From an uncultured Gemmatimonadota bacterium (GTDB lineage: Bacteria > SM23-81): a stretch of DNA of 20,614 nt. Of the stretch, positions 6,956 through 15,279 are shown piece by piece. The stretch covers positions 1 to 20,614 of the forward strand of contig CAZOYL010000031.1 of assembly GCA_964584035.1 (NCBI GenBank), written 5' to 3'. The position numbers and the translations under genes were made by a program. Position 1 is the first letter of the stretch. Every line of letters starts with the position of its first letter. The notes under the pieces were generated by a model. It saw only the letters and a list, made by a program, of their open reading frames with translations, did not search any database and had not been told where the DNA came from.

Positions 6956-8725
6956 TTATTTCTTCATCTCCTCCGACAGCCCCTCCGGCGACAGGGGGGT
7001 GACGAAAAGGGTCTTCTCATGTTCCACGAAGGCCACCCCCGGTTTGGCCCCTCTGGGTTTACGGACATATCGTTTCTCGGTGACGATGACGGGAACGGTT
7101 CCGGAATGACGCGAACGGCTGTAGTGAGCGGCCAGTCCGGCGGCCAGCTCCATGATCCCCCGGCCGGGCAGATCCTTTCGTCCCTCCCGGCGGATCACCA
7201 CGTGAGAGCCCGGCACGCCCTGCGCATGGAGCCACAGATCGTCGGAGCGGGCCACCCGGTGGGTGAGCTGATCGTTCTCCTTATTATTGCGTCCCACCAG
7301 GACGGTCCACCCGTCGGGCAGCGTGTATCTTCGGCCGACGATGTCTTTTTCAGCTCGGCTGCGCCCGGCCCGGCCGGGAGGCATCTGCGGTTTGACGCCC
7401 CATCGGGCGAATCTCACTTCGACCGATTGGACCTCCTCGAGATCGGAGGCCTGGGCGAGCCCGTCCCGGAGAGCGGTCAGGCTGGCAATCTCCTCGTCCA
7501 GCCGGCCGAGCTGATGAAGCACCTTCGGAAGGGCGGCCTTGGCCCTGCGGTAGCGTTTAAAGTATCGCTGGGCGTTGTCAGACGGGGTCAGCTTCGGATC
7601 CAGGGAGATATCCACCTGGCGGGTCGGATCGGTCGAGTCCGGCAGGCTCACCCGTGAGGAACCTTTCCGCAGGCGGCTCAGATGAGCCGTCAGGTTCACG
7701 CCGGCCCGCTGGAATTCCTCCGCCCGTTGGGCTTGTTGGGCATCCCGCTGGAGATGTTTCCAGGCCCGGCGGTGGCGACGAAGGATGAGGTTGATCTGTT
7801 GCAACAGCTTCGTTTTTTTTGAGTTCACATCGGTCAGCCGGGTCTGCCGGCGGAACAGATCCTGCAATGCCTGGCTGAGCGTGTCGTAAGGGTGCTTTCG
7901 ATCCCCGGGAACGGAGCCGGGATTATAGGGCAGCAGCCAGGCGGGCTGCCGGCCCTCATCCAGAATCAGGGTGGGGGCAGGGGGGCCCTCCCGAAGACGT
8001 CCGAACCAGGCCTGCAGGCGGCTCCAGATGGATCGCTGCACCTCGGCGGTGATCTCACTGGCTTCCGGGGAAAGCCCCATCGATCTCAATATTTCTTCGA
8101 AAAGGTAGGGGCTTGCCCAGGGGAAAAGATGATCAAGTTTTTTCCCCAGCGGGAGAGCGATTGTATTCCCCAGAGCGTCGAGAAAACTCTCCTCCGAATC
8201 GGCATCCGGATGCAGGCCCGGAGGAGATGGCGGAGGCTGGTAGGGTTTGCCGGGCAGCACCTGACGGAGGCGGCTGTTGCGGCCGTCCACCCGCCGAAGC
8301 GCATACAGCACCATCTGGCGTTCGGTGTCCAGCAGGATGACGTTCTGACGCCGGGGGACCAGCTCCAGGATCAGGGTTCGCCGGATGGGTCCCCGGATCT
8401 CGTCGATCCGAATCGTCTCCAGACGGATGATCCGGTCATGGCGCCAGGAAGCCACCGATTGGATGGTGTGGCCCCTCAGATGCCGGTCGAGGATATGGCT
8501 GACGTCATTCGAAGAGCCTTTCGCGGCCGGTTCCGGACAGAGAAATGGCACGAACAGGTCCGGCCAGGTGGACAGCGCCAGACAGGGGCCCTGAGTTCCG
8601 GAAGCGAGAGACAGGCACAGGCCGACCCGGGATCCCGGATCGCGGACGGCCGTCACTTGCCTGCCGGTGAGGATGGGACGCAGCTCACCGGCCAGGGCTG
8701 TGATGGTGGTCAGAGGGATTCTCAT
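6956..8725 (-). CDS. rqcH: NFACT family protein RqcH/Rqc2 (FbpA/DUF814), ribosome quality control factor
   Basis: NFACT-N HDRII and LILEL..R.NVIL; coiled coils; LDPKLTPSDNAQRYFKRYRRAK; NFACT-R VGRNNKENDQL...DLWLHAQGVPGSHVVI...KYVRKP-like. Start is 8725 or 8737. Confidence 0.88.
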   Translation of the reverse strand: MRIPLTTITALAGELRPILTGRQVTAVRDPGSRVGLCLSLASGTQGPCLALSTWPDLFVPFLCPEPAAKGSSNDVSHILDRHLRGHTIQSVASWRHDRIIRLETIRIDEIRGPIRRTLILELVPRRQNVILLDTERQMVLYALRRVDGRNSRLRQVLPGKPYQPPPSPPGLHPDADSEESFLDALGNTIALPLGKKLDHLFPWASPYLFEEILRSMGLSPEASEITAEVQRSIWSRLQAWFGRLREGPPAPTLILDEGRQPAWLLPYNPGSVPGDRKHPYDTLSQALQDLFRRQTRLTDVNSKKTKLLQQINLILRRHRRAWKHLQRDAQQAQRAEEFQRAGVNLTAHLSRLRKGSSRVSLPDSTDPTRQVDISLDPKLTPSDNAQRYFKRYRRAKAALPKVLHQLGRLDEEIASLTALRDGLAQASDLEEVQSVEVRFARWGVKPQMPPGRAGRSRAEKDIVGRRYTLPDGWTVLVGRNNKENDQLTHRVARSDDLWLHAQGVPGSHVVIRREGRKDLPGRGIMELAAGLAAHYSRSRHSGTVPVIVTEKRYVRKPRGAKPGVAFVEHEKTLFVTPLSPEGLSEEMKK

Positions 8726-8817
8726 TGATTCATACACAATCCGCTTGGCAATAATGAGTAGTCGTTATCAGGTGATGTAATAAATGAAGAGCGTCCTCGC
8801 GCTCGTCGGCTCAAAGT

Positions 8818-8846
8818 AAGATAGGCCTGTCAGGCCAGCCTGTCAA
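8818..8846 (-). promoter_or_regulatory. sigma70-type promoter for rqcH
   Basis: Minus strand TTGACA-17 nt-TATCTT. Confidence 0.65.
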
Positions 8847-8892
8847 TGATTTCCTTCGCCAGCCATATTTTCGATCGAGATGGAGATTTAAA

Positions 8893-8921
8893 TTGACAAT
8901 GATAGAATAGTTTCGTATATA
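8893..8921 (+). promoter_or_regulatory. sigma70-type promoter for the yicC-gmk-rpoZ operon
   Basis: TTGACA (8893-8898), 17 nt spacer, TATATA (8916-8921), in an AT-rich intergenic region about 30 nt before the yicC ATG. Confidence 0.7.
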
Positions 8922-8950
8922 TTGAGTTTGTAAAAAAAAGGCAGGTGTCT

Positions 8951-9829
8951 ATGATCGAGAGCATGACGGGATACGGTCAGGGAGAGGTCGAGCGAGACGG
9001 CGTGAAGGTTTCCGTGGAGGTCCGCTCGGTCAATAATCGATTTCTGGATCTGCAGATCCGGATGCCGAAGTTTCTTCATCCTCTGGAAAACCGGGTTCGG
9101 GAGGCGGCCGGGTCGCTCATCGGCCGGGGAAAGCTGAATCTCAGCCTGACCTGGGAGCAAATGGCTGAGGGAGCGGTCCGCATCAGCGTTGACCTGGAAG
9201 CCGCCCGGTCGCTGAGAGAGCTCCTCGAGGAATTGAAACGATCGCTCCATCTGGAGGGTGAGATTCGCCTGGAACATCTCATGAACTTCTCGGAGATTTT
9301 TCACCAGGAACGGCAGGAATGGGATACTGATCGGGCCTGGCCCCTGGTGGAGGAGGCCGTCCGCCAGGCCATGGAACATCTCCAGAGCATGCGCCGCAAG
9401 GAAGGCCAGCAGCTTCAGACGGATATGGTCGAGCGGCTCGACCGCCTGGAACAGCTCCTCACCGATATCGAGAGCTGTTATCCGGCCAATGTTCAGGAGA
9501 TCCAGGTGCGGCTCCAGAGGAGAATCGGCGAGTTGATGGACAGCCCTCAGGTGGATCCGCAGCGTCTGGCCATGGAGGTGGCCATGCTGGCCGAAAAAGC
9601 AGATATCACCGAGGAGTGTGTCCGGTTTCACAGTCACAACAAGCAGTTTCGCTCGACGCTGGAGAGCAGCGGGCCGGTGGGACGAAAGCTGAACTTTCTC
9701 CTCCAGGAGATGAATCGCGAGGCCAACACGATGGCCTCCAAGGCCAACGATGTCGAGGTGGCCCATCAGGTGGTCGAGATCAAGGAGGAGATCGAGCGCA
9801 TCCGTGAACAGGTGCAAAACGTGGAGTGA
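8951..9829 (+). CDS. yicC: YicC/YloC family endoribonuclease
   Basis: MIESMTGYG start, RSVNNRFLD, RGK, KADITEECVR, GRKLNFLLQEMNREANTMASK, EQVQNVE C-terminus. Confidence 0.95.
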   Translation: MIESMTGYGQGEVERDGVKVSVEVRSVNNRFLDLQIRMPKFLHPLENRVREAAGSLIGRGKLNLSLTWEQMAEGAVRISVDLEAARSLRELLEELKRSLHLEGEIRLEHLMNFSEIFHQERQEWDTDRAWPLVEEAVRQAMEHLQSMRRKEGQQLQTDMVERLDRLEQLLTDIESCYPANVQEIQVRLQRRIGELMDSPQVDPQRLAMEVAMLAEKADITEECVRFHSHNKQFRSTLESSGPVGRKLNFLLQEMNREANTMASKANDVEVAHQVVEIKEEIERIREQVQNVE

Positions 9830-10452
9830 ACCTATCGATGGAGTCAGAGGCCTGGAAACAGGAAGGTCTTCTGGTGGTGGTCTCGTCACCATCGGGAGGG
9901 GGAAAGACCACCATCGTCAACCGGATCAGGGAGAGACATGATGAATATGTCTACTCCGTCTCCGTTACCACCCGGCCGATGCGCTCCGGAGAGATGGATG
10001 GACAGCACTATACCTTCGTCGGGCCGGAAGAGTTCCTTCTCCGGCGGGAACGGGGAGAATTCGCCGAATGGGCCCGGGTTCACGATCATGAATATGGCAC
10101 CCCGCGGCGGTTGATCGACGAGGTGTTAACGGCCCGGCAGGTGGCCCTCTTCGACCTGGACGTTCAGGGGGGGCTGCAGATCAAAGGCACCTATCCTCAG
10201 AGTGTGCTGGTGTTCATTCTGCCGCCCACACTCCGAGAGCTGGAAAACCGTTTGCGGGGCCGGCGGAGCGATACGGAGAAGGCCATCAGAACCCGGCTGA
10301 AAAATGCCCGCCGGGAAATCACCTTCTGGTCGCAGTATGATTACGTCGTCATGAACGACCGTTTGGAGGAAGCGATCAGCCGTGTGGAGGCCATCATCGT
10401 CGCTGAACGATGCCGCTCCAGCCGGAACCGGATCATCTCTTTGAGCGAGTAG
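9826..10452 (+). CDS. gmk: Guanylate kinase
   Basis: P-loop SPSGGGKTT, SVTTRPMRSGE.DG..Y.F, YGTP, DLDVQGG, FILPP, YDYVVMND. Start GTG 9826 or ATG 9838. Confidence 0.95.
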   Translation: MNLSMESEAWKQEGLLVVVSSPSGGGKTTIVNRIRERHDEYVYSVSVTTRPMRSGEMDGQHYTFVGPEEFLLRRERGEFAEWARVHDHEYGTPRRLIDEVLTARQVALFDLDVQGGLQIKGTYPQSVLVFILPPTLRELENRLRGRRSDTEKAIRTRLKNARREITFWSQYDYVVMNDRLEEAISRVEAIIVAERCRSSRNRIISLSE

Positions 10453-10494
10453 GATCTCAAATAGACAGGAGCTTTTCAACTGGAGGTAGATGTT

Positions 10495-10767
10495 ATGAAT
10501 TATGTCACTTCCGATGAGCTTATCGGTAAAGTTTCCAACAAGTATGTGGCCGTGGTCGTGGCCGCTCTGCGAGCCCGGCAGCTGAACCTGCTGGAGAAAA
10601 AGCAACAGGAGCTCACCCAGGAGCAGGCCCAGGAGGAGGAGGCCGATGATGTTATGGAGGAGGGGGGGGAAAGGGAGACCGACCGGGAAGTCAAGGAAAA
10701 GGTTACCGTTCTGGCCATGCGGGAGCTGATCGAGCAAAAGATCAATTACACCCGCGAAGAGAAGTAA
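10495..10767 (+). CDS. rpoZ: DNA-directed RNA polymerase omega subunit
   Basis: NKYVAVVVAALRARQL and K.TVLAMREL motifs; follows gmk; GGAGGT RBS; contains an acidic insertion. Confidence 0.85.
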   Translation: MNYVTSDELIGKVSNKYVAVVVAALRARQLNLLEKKQQELTQEQAQEEEADDVMEEGGERETDREVKEKVTVLAMRELIEQKINYTREEK

Positions 10768-10786
10768 CATGAACCTGGTGAGGAAT

Positions 10787-13018
10787 ATGTCGCGTTCTCT
10801 CGTCATCGTCGAATCGCCGGCCAAAGCCCGGACCATCAAGAAGTTTCTCGGAAAAGGATTCGAGGTCAAGGCCTCCATGGGGCATATCAGAGATCTGCCC
10901 GAGAAAGAATTAGGGGTGGAGATCGAGCATCAATTCCGTCCGCATTACCGGCTCATCAAGGGGAAGCGGAAGGTTATCAAGGAGCTGAAGACTTCCGCAC
11001 AGAAAGTGTCGACCGTCTATCTGGCGGCAGATCCCGACCGGGAGGGAGAAGCCATCGCCTGGCATATCGCCCAGGTATTGGAAGGCGATGGCCGAAAGAT
11101 CTATCGCATCCTGTTCAACGAGATCACTCAGAAATCGATCGAAGCCGCCATGCAGCAGCCCCGTCAGATCGATATGAGCCGGGTCGACGCTCAGCAGGCT
11201 CGCCGGATCATGGATCGTTTGGTCGGCTACCAGGTCAGCCCCTTTCTATGGCGCACGCTTTATCGGGGTCTCAGCGCCGGCCGGGTTCAATCGGTAGCTC
11301 TGCGGCTGATCTGCGAGCGGGAAGATCTCATCGAGGCCTTTGTACCGAAAGAATACTGGAGCATCGAGGCTCTCCTGCAGGCTCACCAGGGACAGCCCTT
11401 CGTTGCGCAGCTGGCCACGATCGATGATCACAAGGCCGTCATCGAAGACGAGACGTCGGCTCGCCGGATCACCGCATCGCTGAAGAGTAAGGAATTTGTG
11501 GTCAGCGAAGTGACACAGAAGGATCAAAAACGGAATCCGCTGCCGCCTTTCATCACCAGCACCCTGCAGCAACAGGCGGCCAGGGCCTTGAGATTCCGGG
11601 TTCAGAAGACGATGATCGTCGCCCAGCAGCTCTATGAAGGACTTGATATCGGAGGCGACAGTCCCGAGGGATTGATCACTTATATGCGAACCGACGCTCC
11701 CAGAGTCTCTCAGGAGGCCGTCGACCAGGTCCGGGATTTCATCGCCGAACGATTCGGTCAACCCTATCTGCCTAAAACGGTCCGAAAGTATAAATCCAAG
11801 CGGGGCGCGCAAGAGGCTCACGAAGCCATTCGTCCCACCTCGGTCCATCATCTTCCCGAGGATCTCAAGCCGTATCTCGACAAGGATCAGTTTCGTCTCT
11901 ATCAGCTGATCTGGAAACGGTTCGTGGCCTCACAGATGAATCCGGCCCGTTTCAAGGTGACCCAGGTGAAGGTGTCAGCCGATGGCCATGGGTTCCGGGC
12001 ATCGGGCACAGTTCCCGTGTTTGACGGTTACCTGTCGGTTTATCAGGAGGCCCTTGAGGAAAAGTCCAAGGAGGAGGGTCAGCTGCCGCCTCTGGAGGAA
12101 GAGGAACGGTTGAAACTGTTGTCCCTGACGCCGGAGCAGCATTTCACCAAGCCGCCGCCGCGCTACAGCGAGGCCACGCTGGTGAAAACACTGGAATCGG
12201 AGGGCATCGGCCGGCCCAGCACTTACGCTCAGATCATCACCACCATCAGAAACCGCAAATATATCGTCTCCGAGGGCCGAACGTTGCAACCCACCGATCT
12301 GGGGAAGACGGTCAAAGGGCTGCTGGTGGATAATTTTCCGGACGTCTTTCAGGTGGATTTTACGGCGAAAATGGAGGAAGAGCTCGATCGGGTCGAGACC
12401 GGTGAATATGAATGGCAACGGGTGGTGGACGATTTTTACGGCCCCTTCCAGCGCGACCTGGAGGAGGCCAATAGCAAGAAGGCCGACCTGAAAAGCGCGC
12501 TGCAGAAAGAGACCGACATCGTCTGCGAAAAATGCGGCGGCGCCATGGTGATCAAATGGGGCCGCAACGGCCGATTTCTGGCCTGTTCGAATTACCCCCA
12601 ATGCCGCAATACCAAACCCCTGCCGGGGGAGGAGTCGGAGCAGGAAACCGGTGAGGTGTGCGACCGCTGTGGCGCCCCCATGGTGGTGAAAACAGGGCGC
12701 TTCGGCCGGTTCTTGGCCTGCTCCAACTATCCCGAATGCCGCTCTACCAAACCTCTGAGGATCGGCGTTCGCTGCCCGCGAGAGGACTGCCCGGGACACC
12801 TGATCGAGCGGAAGACGAAGACGGGGCGGATTTTCTATGGATGCAGCGAGTATCCCAAATGCCAGTTTGCGACCTGGAACAAGCCGGTCGATAAAGCCTG
12901 CCCCCATTGCGGCGCCAAGCCGCTGGTGGAGAAGCAGACCAAGGCCAAAGGGACCTTCTACCAGTGCCTCACTTGCAAAGGGGAGGTGAGTCCGGAGGAG
13001 GAGGACGATGATTCCTAG
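10787..13018 (+). CDS. topA: DNA topoisomerase I with C-terminal zinc ribbons
   Basis: LVIVESPAKA, ASMGHIRDL, DPDREGEAI, SAGRVQS, catalytic ITYMRTD, GIGRPSTY; four C4 Zn-ribbon units. ATG 10787 has a GGTGAGG RBS. Confidence 0.97.
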   Translation: MSRSLVIVESPAKARTIKKFLGKGFEVKASMGHIRDLPEKELGVEIEHQFRPHYRLIKGKRKVIKELKTSAQKVSTVYLAADPDREGEAIAWHIAQVLEGDGRKIYRILFNEITQKSIEAAMQQPRQIDMSRVDAQQARRIMDRLVGYQVSPFLWRTLYRGLSAGRVQSVALRLICEREDLIEAFVPKEYWSIEALLQAHQGQPFVAQLATIDDHKAVIEDETSARRITASLKSKEFVVSEVTQKDQKRNPLPPFITSTLQQQAARALRFRVQKTMIVAQQLYEGLDIGGDSPEGLITYMRTDAPRVSQEAVDQVRDFIAERFGQPYLPKTVRKYKSKRGAQEAHEAIRPTSVHHLPEDLKPYLDKDQFRLYQLIWKRFVASQMNPARFKVTQVKVSADGHGFRASGTVPVFDGYLSVYQEALEEKSKEEGQLPPLEEEERLKLLSLTPEQHFTKPPPRYSEATLVKTLESEGIGRPSTYAQIITTIRNRKYIVSEGRTLQPTDLGKTVKGLLVDNFPDVFQVDFTAKMEEELDRVETGEYEWQRVVDDFYGPFQRDLEEANSKKADLKSALQKETDIVCEKCGGAMVIKWGRNGRFLACSNYPQCRNTKPLPGEESEQETGEVCDRCGAPMVVKTGRFGRFLACSNYPECRSTKPLRIGVRCPREDCPGHLIERKTKTGRIFYGCSEYPKCQFATWNKPVDKACPHCGAKPLVEKQTKAKGTFYQCLTCKGEVSPEEEDDDS

Positions 13019-13030
13019 GCATCTCCTTCT

Positions 13031-14413
13031 GTGAAAAAGATGTCCTCGGCGTTGGTCATAGGAGGCGGCCTGGCCGGATGCGAGGCGGCCTGGCAACTGG
13101 CCGTCAGGGGGATCGCCGTCGATCTCTACGAAATGCGGCCATCTCTTCCCACCCCGGCTCATCGGACCGCTTGGCTGGGAGAGCTGGTGTGCAGCAACTC
13201 CCTGAAGTCGGATGCCCTCGACACGGCCAGCGGTTTGCTCAAACAGGAGCTGCGGGCCCTGGGTTCTATGATTCTCGAGACGGCTGAGCAGACGTCTGTG
13301 CCGGCCGGTTCGGCTTTGGCCGTCGACCGTGACCGGTTTGCCTCACGGATCACCGAACGACTGCAGCAACATCCCCTGGTGCGCATCATCCGTCAAGAAG
13401 TCAAACAGCTGCCTTCCGGAAAACCTCTGGTCGTGGCCAGCGGTCCGCTGACTTCCGAGGCTCTGACCGAGCATCTGGCCGCTTGCCTGGGCCAGGACAA
13501 CCTCTATTTTTACGATGCCATCGCGCCGTTGATTGACGCCGACAGCCTGGACCGCCGGAAGATATTCGCCGCTTCACGATATGAAAAAGGTACTCCCGCC
13601 TATCTGAACTGTCCCCTGAACCGACAGCAATACCAGACATTCTATGAACACCTGGTGGCGGCCGAAACGGTGCCGTTGCATGCCTGTGAAAAGGATCTTT
13701 TTTTTCAGGCCTGTTTGCCCATTGAGGAGCTGGCCCGAAGAGGACCGCAGACCTTATCGTTCGGTCCCTTTCGGCCGGTCGGGCTGATCGATCCGCGGAC
13801 CGGAAAACGGCCCTGGGCCGTCGTCCAGCTGCGGCAGGATAATGCCCCGGCCAGCATCTATAATATGGTGGGATGTCAGACGCGGATGCGGCAGAACGAG
13901 CAGCATCGTATTTTTCGTCTCATTCCAGGCCTGGAACAGGCCCGCTTCCTGAGGTATGGCAGCGTGCACCGAAACACCTATGTCCGTGCGCCGCGCATCC
14001 TGGAGGCGACCCTGGCCGTCCGCGGTCAAGGCGATCTCTTCCTGGCCGGCCAGATCACCGGAGCGGAAGGATATATGGAGGCCGTGGCCACCGGACTGCT
14101 GGCCGGGATCAATGTGGCCCGCCGGCTGAGAGACCTGCCGCCGCTGGTGCCTCCGGAGACCACCGTCATAGGGTCTTTGTGCCATTATCTCGAAACGGCC
14201 GATGCCGCTCACTTTCAGCCTATGAACGTCAATTTCGGGCTGATGCCGCCATTGAGCCGTCGCATCAGAAAGAAGGCCGATCGCCGCGGACTGCTGATCC
14301 GGAGAGCTCAACAAGATCTCAATATCTGGATGAGAAAGAGAGGTGTCGAACCTCGTGGCGAACCTGGAACAGTCTCTGAAGAAATTTCTTGTCTCCCTGG
14401 CTCTGGAGCGTAA
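13031..14413 (+). CDS. trmFO: Folate/FAD-dependent tRNA (uracil-5-)-methyltransferase TrmFO (Gid)
   Basis: GGGLAGCEAA FAD motif, ELVCSNSL, YFYDAIAP, YLNCP, ACLPIE, HRNTY, AGQITG.EGY, FQPMNVNFGL; position in the topA-trmFO-xerC cluster. Confidence 0.93.
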   Translation: MKKMSSALVIGGGLAGCEAAWQLAVRGIAVDLYEMRPSLPTPAHRTAWLGELVCSNSLKSDALDTASGLLKQELRALGSMILETAEQTSVPAGSALAVDRDRFASRITERLQQHPLVRIIRQEVKQLPSGKPLVVASGPLTSEALTEHLAACLGQDNLYFYDAIAPLIDADSLDRRKIFAASRYEKGTPAYLNCPLNRQQYQTFYEHLVAAETVPLHACEKDLFFQACLPIEELARRGPQTLSFGPFRPVGLIDPRTGKRPWAVVQLRQDNAPASIYNMVGCQTRMRQNEQHRIFRLIPGLEQARFLRYGSVHRNTYVRAPRILEATLAVRGQGDLFLAGQITGAEGYMEAVATGLLAGINVARRLRDLPPLVPPETTVIGSLCHYLETADAAHFQPMNVNFGLMPPLSRRIRKKADRRGLLIRRAQQDLNIWMRKRGVEPRGEPGTVSEEISCLPGSGA

Positions 14414-15266
14414 TTACTCCGAGAACACGGTCAAGGCTTATAACAGCGACCTGGTTCAGCTGGAGCAGTTCCTCCAGGATCAATTGGGTCGCAGGGACCT
14501 TTTGGTCAAGGAGATCAACCGCCTGTCCATCCGGCATTTCCTCAGCACACTGCATCGTCAGGGATACAACAGCCACTCGATCATGCGCAAGCTTACCGCC
14601 GTCCGCTCCTTTTGCCGCTATCTTTGCCGGCAGGGGCTGCTGCCGTCCAATCCGGCCACAGGCCTGATGCCGGTCCGGGGCGAAAAACGATTGCCCACCT
14701 TTCTGGACGTGACTCAGGCGGCCCGGGTCATGGACCTGCCCGACCGCCGGAAGGTTCTCGGCCTCAGGGATGCGGCCACTCTCGAGCTGCTCTACGGAAC
14801 CGGTATCCGCCTGATGGAGCTGGTCGGGCTCAACCTCTCGGATGTGGACATGGTCGGGGAGGTTATCAAGGTGCGGGGAAAGGGGAAAAAGGAGCGCATC
14901 CTTCCCCTGGGGAGAAAAGCCCTGGAAGCCCTCCGGAACTATCTGGATCGCAGGGATGAAATCTCAGTGAAGGGGCGCAGGCCATCCCGGGTGGCCGTAT
15001 TGCTGAATTATCAGGGGGGGCGTATCTCCGCCCGCAGCGTGCGGCGCATGGTCACCGGATATCTCCGCATGGTTTCGGAGAAGAGCCATCTGAGCCCGCA
15101 TCTGCTGCGCCACTCCTTCGCCACGCACATGCTGGATGCCGGTGCCGATCTGCGGGCCGTCAAGGAGCTGCTGGGACATGCCAGTCTGTCCTCTACACAG
15201 ATCTACACTCATGTGACCGTGGAGAAGCTTCGCCGCGTCTACGACCAGGCCCATCCCAGGGCGTAA
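14343..15266 (+). CDS. xerC: Tyrosine recombinase XerC
   Basis: SAM-like N-terminal domain (ERNYSENTVKAY..DL); catalytic residues R (GIR), K (GKGKKER), HLLRH, LLGH, TQIYTH; C-terminus AHPRA. Start is GTG 14343 or GTG 14355; overlaps the trmFO 3' end. Confidence 0.9.
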   Translation: MSNLVANLEQSLKKFLVSLALERNYSENTVKAYNSDLVQLEQFLQDQLGRRDLLVKEINRLSIRHFLSTLHRQGYNSHSIMRKLTAVRSFCRYLCRQGLLPSNPATGLMPVRGEKRLPTFLDVTQAARVMDLPDRRKVLGLRDAATLELLYGTGIRLMELVGLNLSDVDMVGEVIKVRGKGKKERILPLGRKALEALRNYLDRRDEISVKGRRPSRVAVLLNYQGGRISARSVRRMVTGYLRMVSEKSHLSPHLLRHSFATHMLDAGADLRAVKELLGHASLSSTQIYTHVTVEKLRRVYDQAHPRA

Positions 15267-15279
15267 ATGAGAGCTGTTC

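Noticed and set aside
14343..15266. Tyrosine recombinase near tRNA genes as a prophage or island integrase
   Set aside because: Size, AHPRA C-terminus and topA-trmFO-xerC context identify housekeeping XerC; no arm-binding domain or phage genes.
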